A DNA stretch of 64,000 bases from Takakia lepidozioides (lineage: Eukaryota > Plantae > Bryophyta). The translations under genes and the position numbers were made by a program. Numbering within the stretch: the first letter of the stretch is position 1; each line of letters starts with the position of its first letter. Below, in pieces: positions 1 to 13,700 of this stretch. The notes under the pieces were generated by a model. That model was not told where the DNA came from. It saw nothing but the letters and a program-made list of their open reading frames with translations, and did not search any database. The stretch spans positions 40,858,001 to 40,922,000 of the forward strand of contig CM060731.1 in the NCBI GenBank assembly GCA_030704615.1, in the 5' to 3' direction.

Positions 1-2444
1 ATGTCTGTTTCTGTATCATCCGCGCAGTGTTCAAATTACACACGAGAGGAATCACAAGATCTCAAATACAAGCGCGAGACCGGGAGATGAGAGACCCCGA
101 CCCAAGACAAAGGAGCAGTGCATAGAAGAAGGACAAAAGCAAATTTGAAGAAAGATGAATGCCGTATAAGCAGGGAAACCAAGACAAAGTAAGCTATAGT
201 TAGAAGCAGTAGAACTGAGACTGAAGAGAATAAGCAATGTATTGAATTTACTCGGGTAAGCTCCACAGCGCATTACTACCAAGGGTTAGCAGAAAACCTC
301 CATTGAAAATGCTGGGAGCTTTCCATGTTTTTAATCATTGTTGAGACCAGTCACACTTCCTCTTTTACAAATCTAAAGTTGGGACAGAAGACGCATCAAT
401 GAACTCAAATCGAATATATTGACCTCCACGTACGAGCCAGTAGCACCATACGGGAAGACGCAGATCACAAGAACACAGTGACCTTCAATTGGCAGATTGG
501 AGAAATATGGGCGGGGCCCATGTTTTAGCACGCTTTGAGCAGAGTGATATGAACATGATGCACATACGAAAGAATTATCCTGGCCAGCAATAATAAATCT
601 CTACAGATCAGGGTTCGGTAGGTTTGTAACATGCCACATTGTGAACCTGTTCAAATCAAACCTGGTTCGTAGAGTCTCACTACAGCTCATGGATCATGCA
701 GGTGAAGCCAGAGATGGGTGTTCGAGGGAAGAATGGATACAGCTAATCTGCCATTGCAAGAACTGATCTCCATTCAATGAACATTTCCCTTAATAAGTTC
801 AGGAATTATTTGAAAGACGTTCCTCCGCGAAACAATTCCAGGCGTGTGTAGAGCATCTCCACAAGCCCTTAAAACCCATCCAGGAAGTTTCATTCCATAG
901 TGATTTCATGATCAAAGGAGCAGTATGTCACAGTATCATTGCAGCGTTGAAAGATTTCGGTCTCTGCAAAGTTGACAGGTGCTCTTTTGTCCGTGAACAG
1001 AGGGCGGCCGATCTCTCCGTTGTGGTGATGGTGATCCAAACTCCAACCTCCGCGTAGCCGCAAATCCTTCCTCCTCTCCATTCCACAGCCAAATTTGTGT
1101 TGCTTGCGTGTGCGAGAGGAGCACAACTCTACGTGCGCATTCCTTTCCGCATTCTTCTGATGGTACCCTGCTTTCTTGGCTGGAATGCGGTCCGGATGTA
1201 TGAACAGACGGATGAACCTTGATGGGATATATCACAAGACCCATGACAAATTGGTGCTTGACAATCTCATGCGTTTCTTTCTTGTCGGTTGTGTGGTCCA
1301 CCCAACTCCTGCAAATCGGGATCTGGGGATTTCCCCGTAGTCAAAGAAGACGGGTTTGGGTCTGTCAGACCTTCAGACCGTCCATTGGGCCCTCGATGGG
1401 CTGTGTGTTAAGCAGTAGGCTCTGTAAATTCAGTGGACGTTAAAGAAACTTTATCTTATCTGTCACCGAGTAACTTGCATTGAACGGGACGTTGGATTCT
1501 CTCAAGCATGTTCAATCTGGTCTCCCTGCCCAACCCCCTGCTAGAAACGCAAAGACCGGTGTGATTCCAATTTCATATAAATTTGATATCGACATGTCGA
1601 AGAGTGTGGAAGAGGTAATGTAGATGCAGTTGGGTGTTTTTAGTGCGAGGCTGTTGTTTCCCTTGCCCTCTGGGTTTTTTTCATGTCGCTGTATTCCAGA
1701 GTTTTCATAGGCTTTCCTATCGCTGATGGCAAGTGCTCATTATTTAAATTCCTTGAAACAAAGACAGGCTTCTTGCTGGTATCCAAATAGACTGACGTAC
1801 TAATCATCCTTGCCCGTCCCTTTCGCACTAGGTGTCCTTGTGTGCTTTAGGAGAATGGGTATGTTTTTTAGATCTCCATACTGGTTCTGGAGTACATTTT
1901 TTATTTGAAGGAAAATTCTTGCTGCTCAGTTTGTTTGTGTTTAGGCGTTTAGGCCTTGCCACATAGTTTTCTGAGTGGCAGAGATTTTTACGATGCACAT
2001 ACGATCTCATGGTGTTTTTGGTGTCGTGTTGTGGAGCAGGGTGATTCTCCCAGGCGCAGCAGCTGAGCTCTGTGGTGACACAACTAAAGATCCTTTGCAA
2101 TTTCTTAAAGAAAATTGTTTGTCGTCATTTCCTGTCAGGGGATTGTAAAGTTATTTAAGTGAAAATGTGCTCTGGAAGATGATTGGTCAGCAAACCCAAG
2201 TTGCAACTCCGCAGTGAAGGTAATAGCTCATCCTCTTTGAAAAACTACGTCTAGAATGTGGGGTTTGGAGTTGGGAACTGGCCAATTTTCATTTTGAAAC
2301 CCATAGAAATTTTTTTGTTTCCAAGGAAACAGTTATTTTCTCACATACACCTAAGTATATTAATAACCACTGACACATAAATATGCCACATAATATACAT
2401 CTAAAGATAATATACATCCAGACTCCACACTATCTGGATATATA

Positions 2445-2901
2445 CTTGAGGGGTGTGCCCAATGCGTAAAACACTGGCAATTTTTTTCTTTGTAATTCAA
2501 GGAGCCTCCCTGGCCGCAAGGTTCCCCCGATTTGATTTACGGGAAGTACCTTCCGCTTTTGGAAGGGTCCCCCGATTTGCGGGGCAAGGAGCGGGAAAGA
2601 AAAATTTCCCAGTATTTCACGTTTGGGAAGGGTCGTTCCCACGGCCCTTCCTGAGTTTTCGAGCACCCGGAACTCGGGCTCCGCCCTCGTTGCCGGTGCT
2701 CTCAAATTCAGGAAGGGCCTTGGGAGCGACCCTTCCCTAATACTGAACTGGACCTGCCCTTGCAAAATTGGGGACCAGAATTGGTTCTTCCTTGTGGTGG
2801 AATTGGTTTCCCTTGTGCATAGATCCGGGAACAGCTGATTCCCAACCGCCTCTCTAGTTCCTAAACTCCTCCCCTTGGCCCCCTTCGCAAAACCTCTCAT
2901 G
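2445..2901. mobile_element. TA-flanked foldback MITE (Tc1/mariner-like) with a long internal inverted repeat
   Basis: TA|CTTGAGGGGT at 2443-2454 and ACCTCTCATG|TA at 2892-2903 (8/10 inverted match). A central inverted repeat spans 2625-2737, with outer arms at 2566-2580 and 2762-2776. Confidence 0.5.
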
Positions 2902-4700
2902 TAAGCTATAGCTAGCTCTTTACTTGTGCATCAGATCCTTAGTTCAATCTTTCATATGTACATATATAACAACATGAGGAAGAATCCATCGATATATATA
3001 TGATGCCAGCCGAGCTAGAGTAAATAAGAGCCTCTTCTGATTTTAACCCTTAATCTCTCAAGTGGCCATTTTGAACTTTTTGGCCATTTTTGGTACCCTG
3101 AACCTAACTTAGGTCAGTGACCCCACAAGTACCTTCATCCACATATTCCAACCCTAGGACTATTGTGCCTAGCTCAGTTATGCATGAAACCTCAAGAAGT
3201 TGACAGTATCCCCTTTTATTTTGAGAAAAAAAAAAGTTGACAGGATTTCACAGGAAATAAAAAGGTAATAATGTCGTAGTGGACCTGGAATCTGAGCTCC
3301 ACACAAAACTCCTACCAAATTATGGTTTGACCGTTCATACCACATAGTGGTTTTTTGTAATTCTCCTTCCTTTGCAACCCACAAATTCCAATGCATTGGT
3401 GGAATGACTACCACCCGGCCAAATTTCAGGGCTGTGAGTTTTTCTTCTACGGGCAGCTTGTATGGGTCTATGCAAAACAATTTCCAGGATTGGCCAAATT
3501 GTCTGTAATTGTTTTGCCTCGAATGCAACATTGTTTGGCGGGGCTCAGGTGGGATTGTCCGGAGAAATATTTTGTTATTGTAAGTACCAGTGTTGGACTG
3601 ATATATGGTCTTATGCCAATTTGATAACAGACCAGCCTGGTCTACGGTTGGGCAATACCCATGCCCATACCAGGGTACCCACATACTAGTTTTTGGAAGA
3701 TATGCGTAGATACCACACCAGTACTCTGGTATTACGTTCAGGGTATCAGTATTCATACCAGTTTCCTGCAATCCAACCTGCCCTCTTGCCTGGTATGAAT
3801 CTGTTGTCTATAAGGTGTTGCTATATGTAGTTTCAAGGCACTGTTTTGGACTTAAAGTAGATCACAAGAGGTACTCTTATTTGCTGGACCACTTGAAACT
3901 TTGGGACACATAAGTTCGAATAGCTGCTGTCTACTTGTGTACAGATTCATGTGATGTGTGTCTAGTTCGAACATGGCTGCCATCTTTTTGGGGCTTCTCA
4001 TCAATACCAGTGTTCATTATATATACTTGCTGGTATCACATTAAGCTGCATGCGTATATTGATACCAGTGGATCATGAAACTATAATGCATCAATTACTT
4101 AGACCAGACTGGTAGATCAATTTCAACTATGCCTCGTACCAGTTCTAGTCTGGTATCTCATTGCTTGAGAGACATATATACCAGGCCCAGACTGGCATGT
4201 AATATACTTGATACCACTTCAACACTGGTAAATACCACTTTGGCTGCAGATGATGTACCCTGTTTGATAACCCCATGGTTGTAATGACCTTTCCAATTAT
4301 AAGAGAAATAAAATCTGTCACCTAACCAGAGTTAAACCCTGGAGGTCAGACTTTCAAGAATTGCTTTCAGTTCACTACCCGGCAACACGCACATGACTGA
4401 CCAGACCGGCCCTATCATAAGCTTCCCCTAGACTTGTACCCCAACAAGTTCTGAACCTCTGGTCCCTATCCTTGCACAGTAACACCACCACTATGCTGCA
4501 TTTTATACCCCACTGCAGTAAAAATTTGAGGAAAAATGGAGAAGCCTGAAGGGTCACAGCTCCCATACACCACTCCCTAGTGCTCATTGAAATCCACGCC
4601 AAGTAAATAAAGAATCACATTAGAATAACTGTACTTTATTTCCCATTTTGGTTCCATCCCGTTAACTGCCAGATCCTGGACTTTCCATAGCTGTGCAGCT

Positions 4701-7700
4701 CTATTTCTCTAACAGCTGTCGTAGCACATAGTGCAGGATGCCACCATGCGTATAATAGGTCAACTCAACCTGCCAAAAACCCGGTCCGTGAATCAGGCGA
4801 CCATCCAAGATACTCACTGAAAACTGCTACTTGTACACTAGAAGAAGTCCAAACAGCGATTGGCTTGTTGAGCTATGAACCCACCAAATGTCAACAGCAC
4901 TGAAATTGAGTGAATATCTGGCAGTGCAACTAACAGCTTTTGACAGGCTATTGACCCTCCCTCCCCACTTAAACTTTAAGCAAATTTCGGCTGAAGACAA
5001 ATGAGCATCAAAGTGTACCAGAGAGAAAGACGTGGAATAAAAGGAGGATTGTAAGACACACCTGTGTGTCAAAACGGAGAACGCATGTAAACTCTTTCCC
5101 GGAATCAGTCTTGACGACCACATCCATCCCAGGTGTGATTTTCTTTACATCCGTGGGAAGGTCTATGGTGTATCTCTCATAGCCAGTCAAACCAAGAGAT
5201 TCGGCATCCTCTCCTTGCTTGAAGCAAAGTGGGATGATGCACATGCCCACCAGGTTGCTGCGATGGATGCGCTCAAAGCTCTTCGCGATCACAGCCTTCA
5301 CCCCCTGTTCCATGAAACAGGTACCAATCAATTTCCATCTCTGGCCCATGACATTGCAACTGGTTTGGAGGGGAAATAAAAAAACAAGAGTAGATGTTGT
5401 CATTTTCTTCCTATTGGGATCTTCTGGAAAAAGATGAAAGAGCTGTAAAGAGATTGGGAGAGAACTTCCAACTGTTGGTGCTATATACTGTCCAGATGCT
5501 CCTAGCATAAGTCTGGCCATAAACCAATCCACCAAAAAACATCACATAAGCTGATACCAACCTGTCTTGAGAGGTTGGAAAGGATACAGACTGCCATGGA
5601 GGCATTTAATGAGCGTGGCAGCTAACCCTATTGGACTTTCATACAAGTATTGCTGGAAATTGTCTGCTGACCTGCAGGTAGGGGCCTTTGGCAGCCCAAT
5701 CACGAGAGCTTCCACTTCCATACTCAGCCCCTGCTAAGACAATTGTATCTGCTCCTTCATCCTTGTACCTCTGCAACATGCGAGACAAACTTGCACACAA
5801 AAATTAGAACACAATACAAAAGTGGACTAAACCTACCATGTCCACGTAAATTCAACCATGTCAGATACTGAACCCTTTACTTACCATTGCAGCATCATAG
5901 ATATACAATTTCTCCTTTGATGGGACATGAATGGTCTTGGGCCCAACTTCCCCTAAAAATTTGTTGACGATACGAATGTTGGCAAAAGTCCCTCTTGCCA
6001 TGATTTCATCATTACCACGACGACTCCCGTAAGAGTTGAAATCCCTGCGGTCAACTCCATGCTCCATCAGGTACTTGGCAGCTGGACTGTCCTTGTGGAT
6101 GTTACCTGCTGGCGAGATGTGGTCAGTAGTGATACTGTCCCCAAAGTTGCAGAGGACATATGCATCTTTCACAGCGTGCACACCGGGCGGAGTAGTTGTC
6201 ATGCTTTTGAAGAAGGGGGGGTCGTGGACGTAAGTGGACATTGGATCCCAAGAATATTGAGCTGCCTTGGGAGCACCCAGCTGATTCCACATTTGATTGC
6301 CCTTTGTAATGGAGTGATATGTAGACTTAAACATCTCTGGAAGCACAGACTTTTGGACTACCTGCAGCCCAACCATTTGTCCAAACCCACCATCAAACAA
6401 GTAGTGTAAGGGTACGACCAACCCAAACAGATGGGGTGGTGGATATGTCACTGTTTATACTTAAGTACCTAACACTGTTTGACAGTCTGATCAAGAACTA
6501 CGGCATCACCTCACTGATCATGTTACAGAAGCCCGCTTCTTATAAGGTAGGACACTACAGTACTCGTTTAGCTTACTGCCAGCCTTGGGTTTGTTATCCA
6601 AAATCTCAATGAATCTGCGTAAACATACTATCTACCTGTCACTGTAAAATTAGGCAGTTGGACTCAGCACCCTGCCCCCAAGCCACAATTCCTTTACCAG
6701 AACGCTATTTTCTTCCTCAGAATGAACAAGAAAATCGTCTATCCTCTAATAACTTCTAGAGTCCAATGAGTCACCTCTGCAATCTCCTCACTGGAAGGCC
6801 AGATATCCCTAAGAAACACAGCTTTGCCACCCTTTCCGATTCCGATTGGCTCTTTCTCAAAATCGATATTTACCTGCCAGAAGGATCATGTCAAGGTCAG
6901 ATCTTGTGTTCAATTCAAGCAATGGCAAAACTGAGTCTAGTCCTCGTTTTGTCTCCATACATAGAACCATGTTTCTCATAAGATTAACTGCTTTACATGT
7001 TCTGAAAGAGATAACATCCTACAATATCAGCCCGATGTTTGACGTACATAAACCTGGGAAAAGCTAATACAAATTGGTAACTAGGGTTATGACTCTCTCG
7101 ACTTGTGAAGAGATGCTGCAATGTTTTATAAATTTACAAGAGCCTTCAGGAGTCTTTAAATCTTTCCTCCAGGAGTACAACCACCCCAAGCCAATAAATG
7201 AAACCTACTCTTTGACCAGGAATGAAAGTAAACTTCTTCCAACCCACCGTTCCAGCAAATGCATAGGCCACCACCAAAGGGGGTGATGCCAAATAGTTTG
7301 CACGTGTCAATGGATGCACACGACCCTCAAAGTTCCGATTTCCAGAAAGGACTGCTGCTGCAACTACGTCTGTGCAAAGAGACACCACCAAACCCAAATT
7401 CATCTCTTGTACAGGGTTTTCTTCCTTAATGTAATTGAGAAAACTGTCATCATGCAAAGGCCTATCGAAAGAAAAGAGAAAAAAAGAAAGAGAGAGAAAA
7501 GGTAGACTCCTGCTGAAGCCGGTTTAAGTTATGATCTCTTCACCCCAAATGGCTACTGCCTTCTGCTTGGGAGGTGGACCCTAGGAAGACACATAGCTCA
7601 GCTGTCTCGATCAAATTGTTATCTGAAGAAACTAAGACCCCACTTGCTAGCCAGGGCTCAACTTTCCACTATTTATGGTAAAACTTCCAAGGTTCCAAAC

Positions 7701-10700
7701 AACAGGATTTGAATCAAGACCCAAGCAAGCTGCCAACAAGAAAATCTCAATCCTGTGTTCAAAACTTGTAACCAGTAGCCAAAATAACAGCATTGCTGTC
7801 ACCTGATCAGCATCTCTCCACCAAACGGAAGCAATTCTCCTTCACTCTCCCACCACTAGAAGGTATTACCCATCTACTGCCACTTGATGATAGAGGAGGA
7901 CATTTGTTTGCAGTCTCTATTCTGCAAAACAAAAGTATGGAGACTGTACCATTCTCAACAATCGCTTCAGCCACAACTTCATTAAGATCTCCGGAGTTCC
8001 CAATGCAGGTGGTGCAGCCATATCCCACCAAACTAAAGCCTTGCTGGTCCAGGTATTCATTCAAGCCACTGCCATATCACAAGAAACCCTTGAACTTTAC
8101 AGTTACGCAAAAGGCCAGGAGGTACGACATGCACTCAGTCTGAGAAGTCAAGGTTCTGGCAGTAAATACCTTACATTAGTAGCAACTGAGATCTTGAGGG
8201 CCAGCACAATCCATGCTTGACCAAAAATTATGCTAAAATTTCCTTGCATTGCTTACGAGAGACATCACAACTATCCCAACAAACAGACCCAGAGTGAGTG
8301 TGCAGCGCTCAACCTTTTCAGGAGGTACTGTGTGACGACTCCAGAACCAGGTGCAAGGCTTGTCTTCACCCAAGGCTTCACCTGTTCAACCAAACACAAT
8401 CAGACCTGCCCACAACCCTAAAAGCACTCAAGAACATATCATGCTATCTCCAAGGCCAAAGAGTATGTTCTGTGGTGCCTTTTCCTTGCCCTAAAGATGA
8501 TAAGAGGAAAAGGGGGAGAGGCGACCTGCAGTCCCAACTCGGTGGCCTTCTTGGCCACGAGGCCAGCACCAAGCATCACACTTGGATTGGAAGTGTTCGT
8601 GCAACTCGTGATGGCAGCTATGACAATACTGCCATGCCTCAGCTCTGCTGGCTGGCCATCGAATGAGAATTTGGCGACTTTATTCTGGTCTTCCTTAGAA
8701 ATGCCGAAACCCTGGGAAGAGCAGGGTGTAAGAGACAAAACTTGCAATAGACAAAACAAACAAAAGTGCCAAATTTGAAGCATGCTACTCAAGAGGAGGA
8801 CTCTTATAAGAAAAAACTTGGGCAATGAATATATATTTGGAGCTACCCTTGAAGCAAGACTTGCTCTCAAACTTTACCTTGAAGCCAACCTTGCTATCCA
8901 AGCAAGATTGCCAATCTGTCTTCATGTCTTTCAACATCACCCGGTCGTGTGGCCTGCACTCCAATTATGCACTTCGTTCAGACGATGGAGAATGGACCCT
9001 GTTGATGGTGTTGCTTCTGAAATCACTACTGTGATTATGAACTTTCAATCTTGGTCAGCCATTGCATTAATTATGCACTCCATGAGATAACTAAAGGCTG
9101 AATAGGTAAGATTGTGCTATAACTGAAAGTTGAGCATAATTGAAGGGAGGCAAGGGAGCTCTTAGAAACACAAGTCTAGACCGCATTTAGACTACGTGAA
9201 TATGACACATACCGCTTAGGGCCAGAGACACATGGCTCCACTGTGTCAAGGTCCAGCTCCAAATAAGAGGAGAAACTGAGTTCTTTCTGAGGCTGCACGT
9301 AGATGAAAAGAATTTGCAATGTCAAGGATCCCTGGCTAAATTAAACTACAGTCCATTCCAAGAAGATCCCCCAACAGGTCATACCAATACCAGCCATTGC
9401 AACACACTGATGGTGCTGGCGAGAACCCCCTTTTAAAGCATATGCAAAGCAATTCACAGGGACGTATTAAAATGATGCAGATATTGTACAGGTAGAACAA
9501 TTCTTTCGAACATTTGCATCACACCCTAATTATTTTCACATGCAGAAGGCCCACTGACGCTGGATGCAGGCCATAAGAATACCTGACTATGGTCAATAAA
9601 CATGTTATTCGCCCGCAAATAAGCTTCAATCTCCTTCACCTGTTTCAAGTTAGAGAAAAGCAGGGTCAAAAGGCATTCACAGCCAGTGAGTCTGTAACAA
9701 GGCTACAGTTTATTAAATCTTGTAGAATATGAAATGTGTTTCAAAGGAGGAAAATTTCTTTCCATTCAACCTCTCTTTATATCAGCAATAAGTATGAACC
9801 AATCGACATTGTCCTCTCAGATTCTAGTGCTTGCGTAGTGCTTGGAAATGATACAAACCTGGACATTCCAATTGAGTACTGTCACAAACCTGTTTTGGAT
9901 GTTTCCAATAACAAAATGACAGAATGCTGACCTTTTCTTCATCACGACCTGTCAACCTCAGGTACTCGAGTGTGACATGGTCCACTGGGAAGAAACCCAT
10001 GGTGGCCCCATACTCCGGAGACATGTTTGCAATTGTTGCACGGTCAGCCAAAGACAATGCCGCCATTCCTTTACCTGAGAAATTCCCGAAAGAATGACTT
10101 TCACCAAGAGTTTTGCTGGAGCTCAAACTAACCACATTGCACTGCCAACAACAGAAGCTACACCTCATCTACAACAATGATCTGAGAAATCCCATAATCA
10201 TCAGCAAACTCGATACACACAGGGAGAACAGATTAAATGACATACCATAAAACTCCACAAACTTTCCAACCACACCATGTTTCCGTAGAATTTGGGTGAC
10301 TGTCAGCACCAAATCTGTAGCTGTAACCCCTGTTCGTAGCTTGCCAGTCAACTTGAAACCTACCACTCCTGGGAGGACCATACTCATGGACTGCATCAGT
10401 GGATAACAACCCCGCTTCAGAAAAACCTCGAGGGAGATTGTACATAACAGCATATCAAATATGCCAATTCAGGAAAGAATAAGATGATTAAAGATGCGGA
10501 GACCTCAAATCCCACAAACAAAGCCCTGGAGTGATGCTTGAATATGAAAGCTAATCAGTACAACCTTACTTCTATCCTTTCAATTGTAGTTAAATTAACC
10601 CTTTCCAGGATTAGAACAGTAGCACTCAGAACAAGACGAAACTGCTCAGACAATGTCTTGGTAGAGAAACTGAAGATTCATACTTGGCCAAGCATGGTTG

Positions 10701-13700
10701 CTTCAGCTTCAATGCCTCCAACTCCCCAACCCGCAACACCAAGTCCGTCAATCATAGTCGTGTGGGAATCCGTCCCCACTAAACTGTCGGGGTAAAGAAT
10801 TCCATCACTATTAAACACAACTCGAGCCAGATACTCCAAGTTCACCTGCAAAAGTACACAGCTTCACTAAGAAAATCAAACATTCCTCCAAGTTCACACA
10901 TGCACCCCCAGGTCTTTCAAAAACAGATACTCACCACACCCCTGCAGATAAAATGTAAATACAAATAGATGTTGGGACACCAACCTGATGCACAATACCA
11001 GAGCCAGGTGGAACAACAAGCATGTTGCTGAAGGCAGTTGCCCCCCACTTCAAGAAAGCAAAGCGTTCCTTGTTACGATGGAACTCCATCTCCATGTTCG
11101 ACTGGAGAGCATTCGCTGTGCGTGCAACATCAACCTGAACTGAATGATCAATTACCAGATCGACTGGAACCTGCAAAATTCAGCAAGAGACGACATGAAT
11201 CATGATATTCAATGAGTCAACAAGTCTGATGCAGTACCATTCCAAATCCATATATTCCGACGTAAGGACTTTTCCCCCATACACTATTATATAAGCCTTC
11301 ATAAAACAAACTTTTTAGCACTGTACGAATTTCACCAAACTAGAGAATGATCTGGTCTGGTCTGGTCAATCACTAACCGGTCATTATCATGTCCATAACC
11401 AAGACCACCTTCAAAACCTCCGACTACGCATGCATGACAGAAAATGTGGTTGGATCCTTTAGCTTCTTCAAAACTTGAAAGTATATTTCTGGCATTTTGT
11501 TGCAATACTGTAGCCCCAATGGCAACAACAAGAAGACTTCACTGTGCAACACATCAGGTCCCAAAAAGGTAGCAAATATATCATCCCACCCTCCATCTGT
11601 GGACAGAAAATGTAATTCTGTTGCAACATATCAACATTCCCAAAGAACTCGACTTGTTACTCACCAAAGGGTTGATTTTGTTTGGGTCACCACCCAGGCG
11701 CTTTATGGCATCACGCATAGCAGCCAGATCAACGACAGCTGGCACTCCTGTGAAATCCTGAAAATGCAAGGGGAGTTGTTTAGACCAAACAGTTCTGTTA
11801 CATTCCCAGTCAATGTAAACAACAAAGGGCATGTCCACATTAATTCCAGAGTGGTTTTGTGCAAGAACACATTCTAAATCTCCCCTTTAACAGCTGCATG
11901 GGAATTATATATCCCCAGGATTTCTGCTGAAGTACTGACTGTTGTTAAGATTTTCCCCTGCAGGGTTTGACTCTGCAGTGATAATCTCCGTTACTGCAGG
12001 TCTTGAGAAAGAGCAGCCTGCGAGCAAGTGCTGCATGTGAGGGAAGGATTGCAACTGAGCCAAGTTTAATGACGGCTTTAAGAGAGCTTTAGAGCTGAGT
12101 AAACACTCAAAATGCAATTGTTGGAAGCCACCAAATTTCCTCAGATGAGCGGCAGAAAATGGAGCCCAAATTGCAACGTCTAAAGACAGAATGTACTTGT
12201 TTGCCGTAGCCTTCTGGCCATTGACCCCGCGCCCAGACAGAAAGTCTAAAAGGAGAATTGCTTGTAGACAGTCCAAAAGGAGGACAGCCTCTCTCAATAA
12301 CGGAGCGAGCTACTGTGCAGAGACACCTCCTCCACTACAGTCATGCACACCTAAGTCGAGGCAATAAGAAAACATTAGATACCTGTAGGATGACCCGAGC
12401 AGGCTTAAAGGGAATTTCCACCAGTTGAGGCGATGTGTTTGTCCAGTCCAGGATCTTTTCCACATCCTGTTTCAAAATATGAAAGTCGTCACAATTCCGG
12501 ATAGCTGATTCCAGCAGTATCCTGATAGAATATGGGAGCGTATCTGCATTCACAAAATGGTACAGCCAGTAAGTTAGAGGAATCAACAAACAACTTATCA
12601 CCGAGATCGAGGGCTTTAATCGGATAAAATAATGGACCCGAACAAATCTTAGGCTCTGCACTGTAGAAATCTCAAACACCTGTCTGTCAACAAGCATCTA
12701 AAAGGGCAGAAAACTCACCACACCCCAAACACATATAAAGAGTTCACTGTGTCCTCCTTCAACTCAGTGACATGATTGTCACTATTCTTTCACACGAAGA
12801 ACAGATAGCCTTGAGTGCAAATACATAGTAACAATGTCATCCCTCATCACCGAGATCGAGGGCTTTAATCGGATAAAATAATGGACCCGAACAAATCTTA
12901 GGCTCTGCACTGTAGAAATCTCAAACACCTGTCTGTCAACAAGCATCTAAAAGGGCAGAAAACTCGCCACACCCCAAACACATATAAAGAGTTCACTGTG
13001 TCCTCCTTCAACTCAGTGACATGATTGTCACTATTCTTTCACATGAAGAACAGATAGCCTTGAGTGCAAATACATAGTAACAATGTCATCCCTCGAATTT
13101 CCAGAATGTACCAAGTACTCGTAAGAAAATAAGACACACTACATGTGTCCAAAGATGGCAGATGATTTCAATATGAGGAGTCCGTAGATATCATTTAAAA
13201 TTGAAACAACCATCTGTCTTCCCCAAAACAGACTACATGACTAAACACACCCCAAGTTTACCCGAACAGCTTGGTAAGGCTGTTGATGGAAGTGAGTTGA
13301 AATATGTGAATAAACTCTATTTCTGTACCTTGTGGCAATTGGCAGCTTGATAGGATCATCAAATCAGCTTTTCTATGCTTTCTCAAAGACTACACTGCTG
13401 AAGTGCGAATAACCAAGAGTGAAATTGGACATGCAGCCTCAGGCGTTTTGTGCCTCTCGCTCTCTACCTACAACACAACCCCCCCCCCCCCCCCCCCCAA
13501 CAACTGCGAAAAGCAGAATTCCAGCTTTCTGAATCCTAGAGATCTCCTCATACTTTAGCTGTTAAAATAGAGGTTTACTGCCAACTGAAAACATACCAAC
13601 TCGTGGATCCTCAAGTTTCGGAAGACTGTAGTACTTTCCGTACAAGCCTCCGCCTGGCTTGGGCAAATCCGTCAAAAGGTCCTTGAAGGGGTTGCCTGAT

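Noticed and set aside
1-2100. Possible MULE/FAR1-like or other transposase relic on the minus strand (CSSRTRKQHKFGC...W..HHHHN)
   Set aside because: The resemblance is vague, the frames are heavily broken and no catalytic motif can be recognised by eye; an HMM search is needed.
3043-3060. TTAA|CCCTT piggyBac-like left end
   Set aside because: No convincing matching right TIR was found; the 197-aa ORF at 3178-3771 has no recognisable domain.
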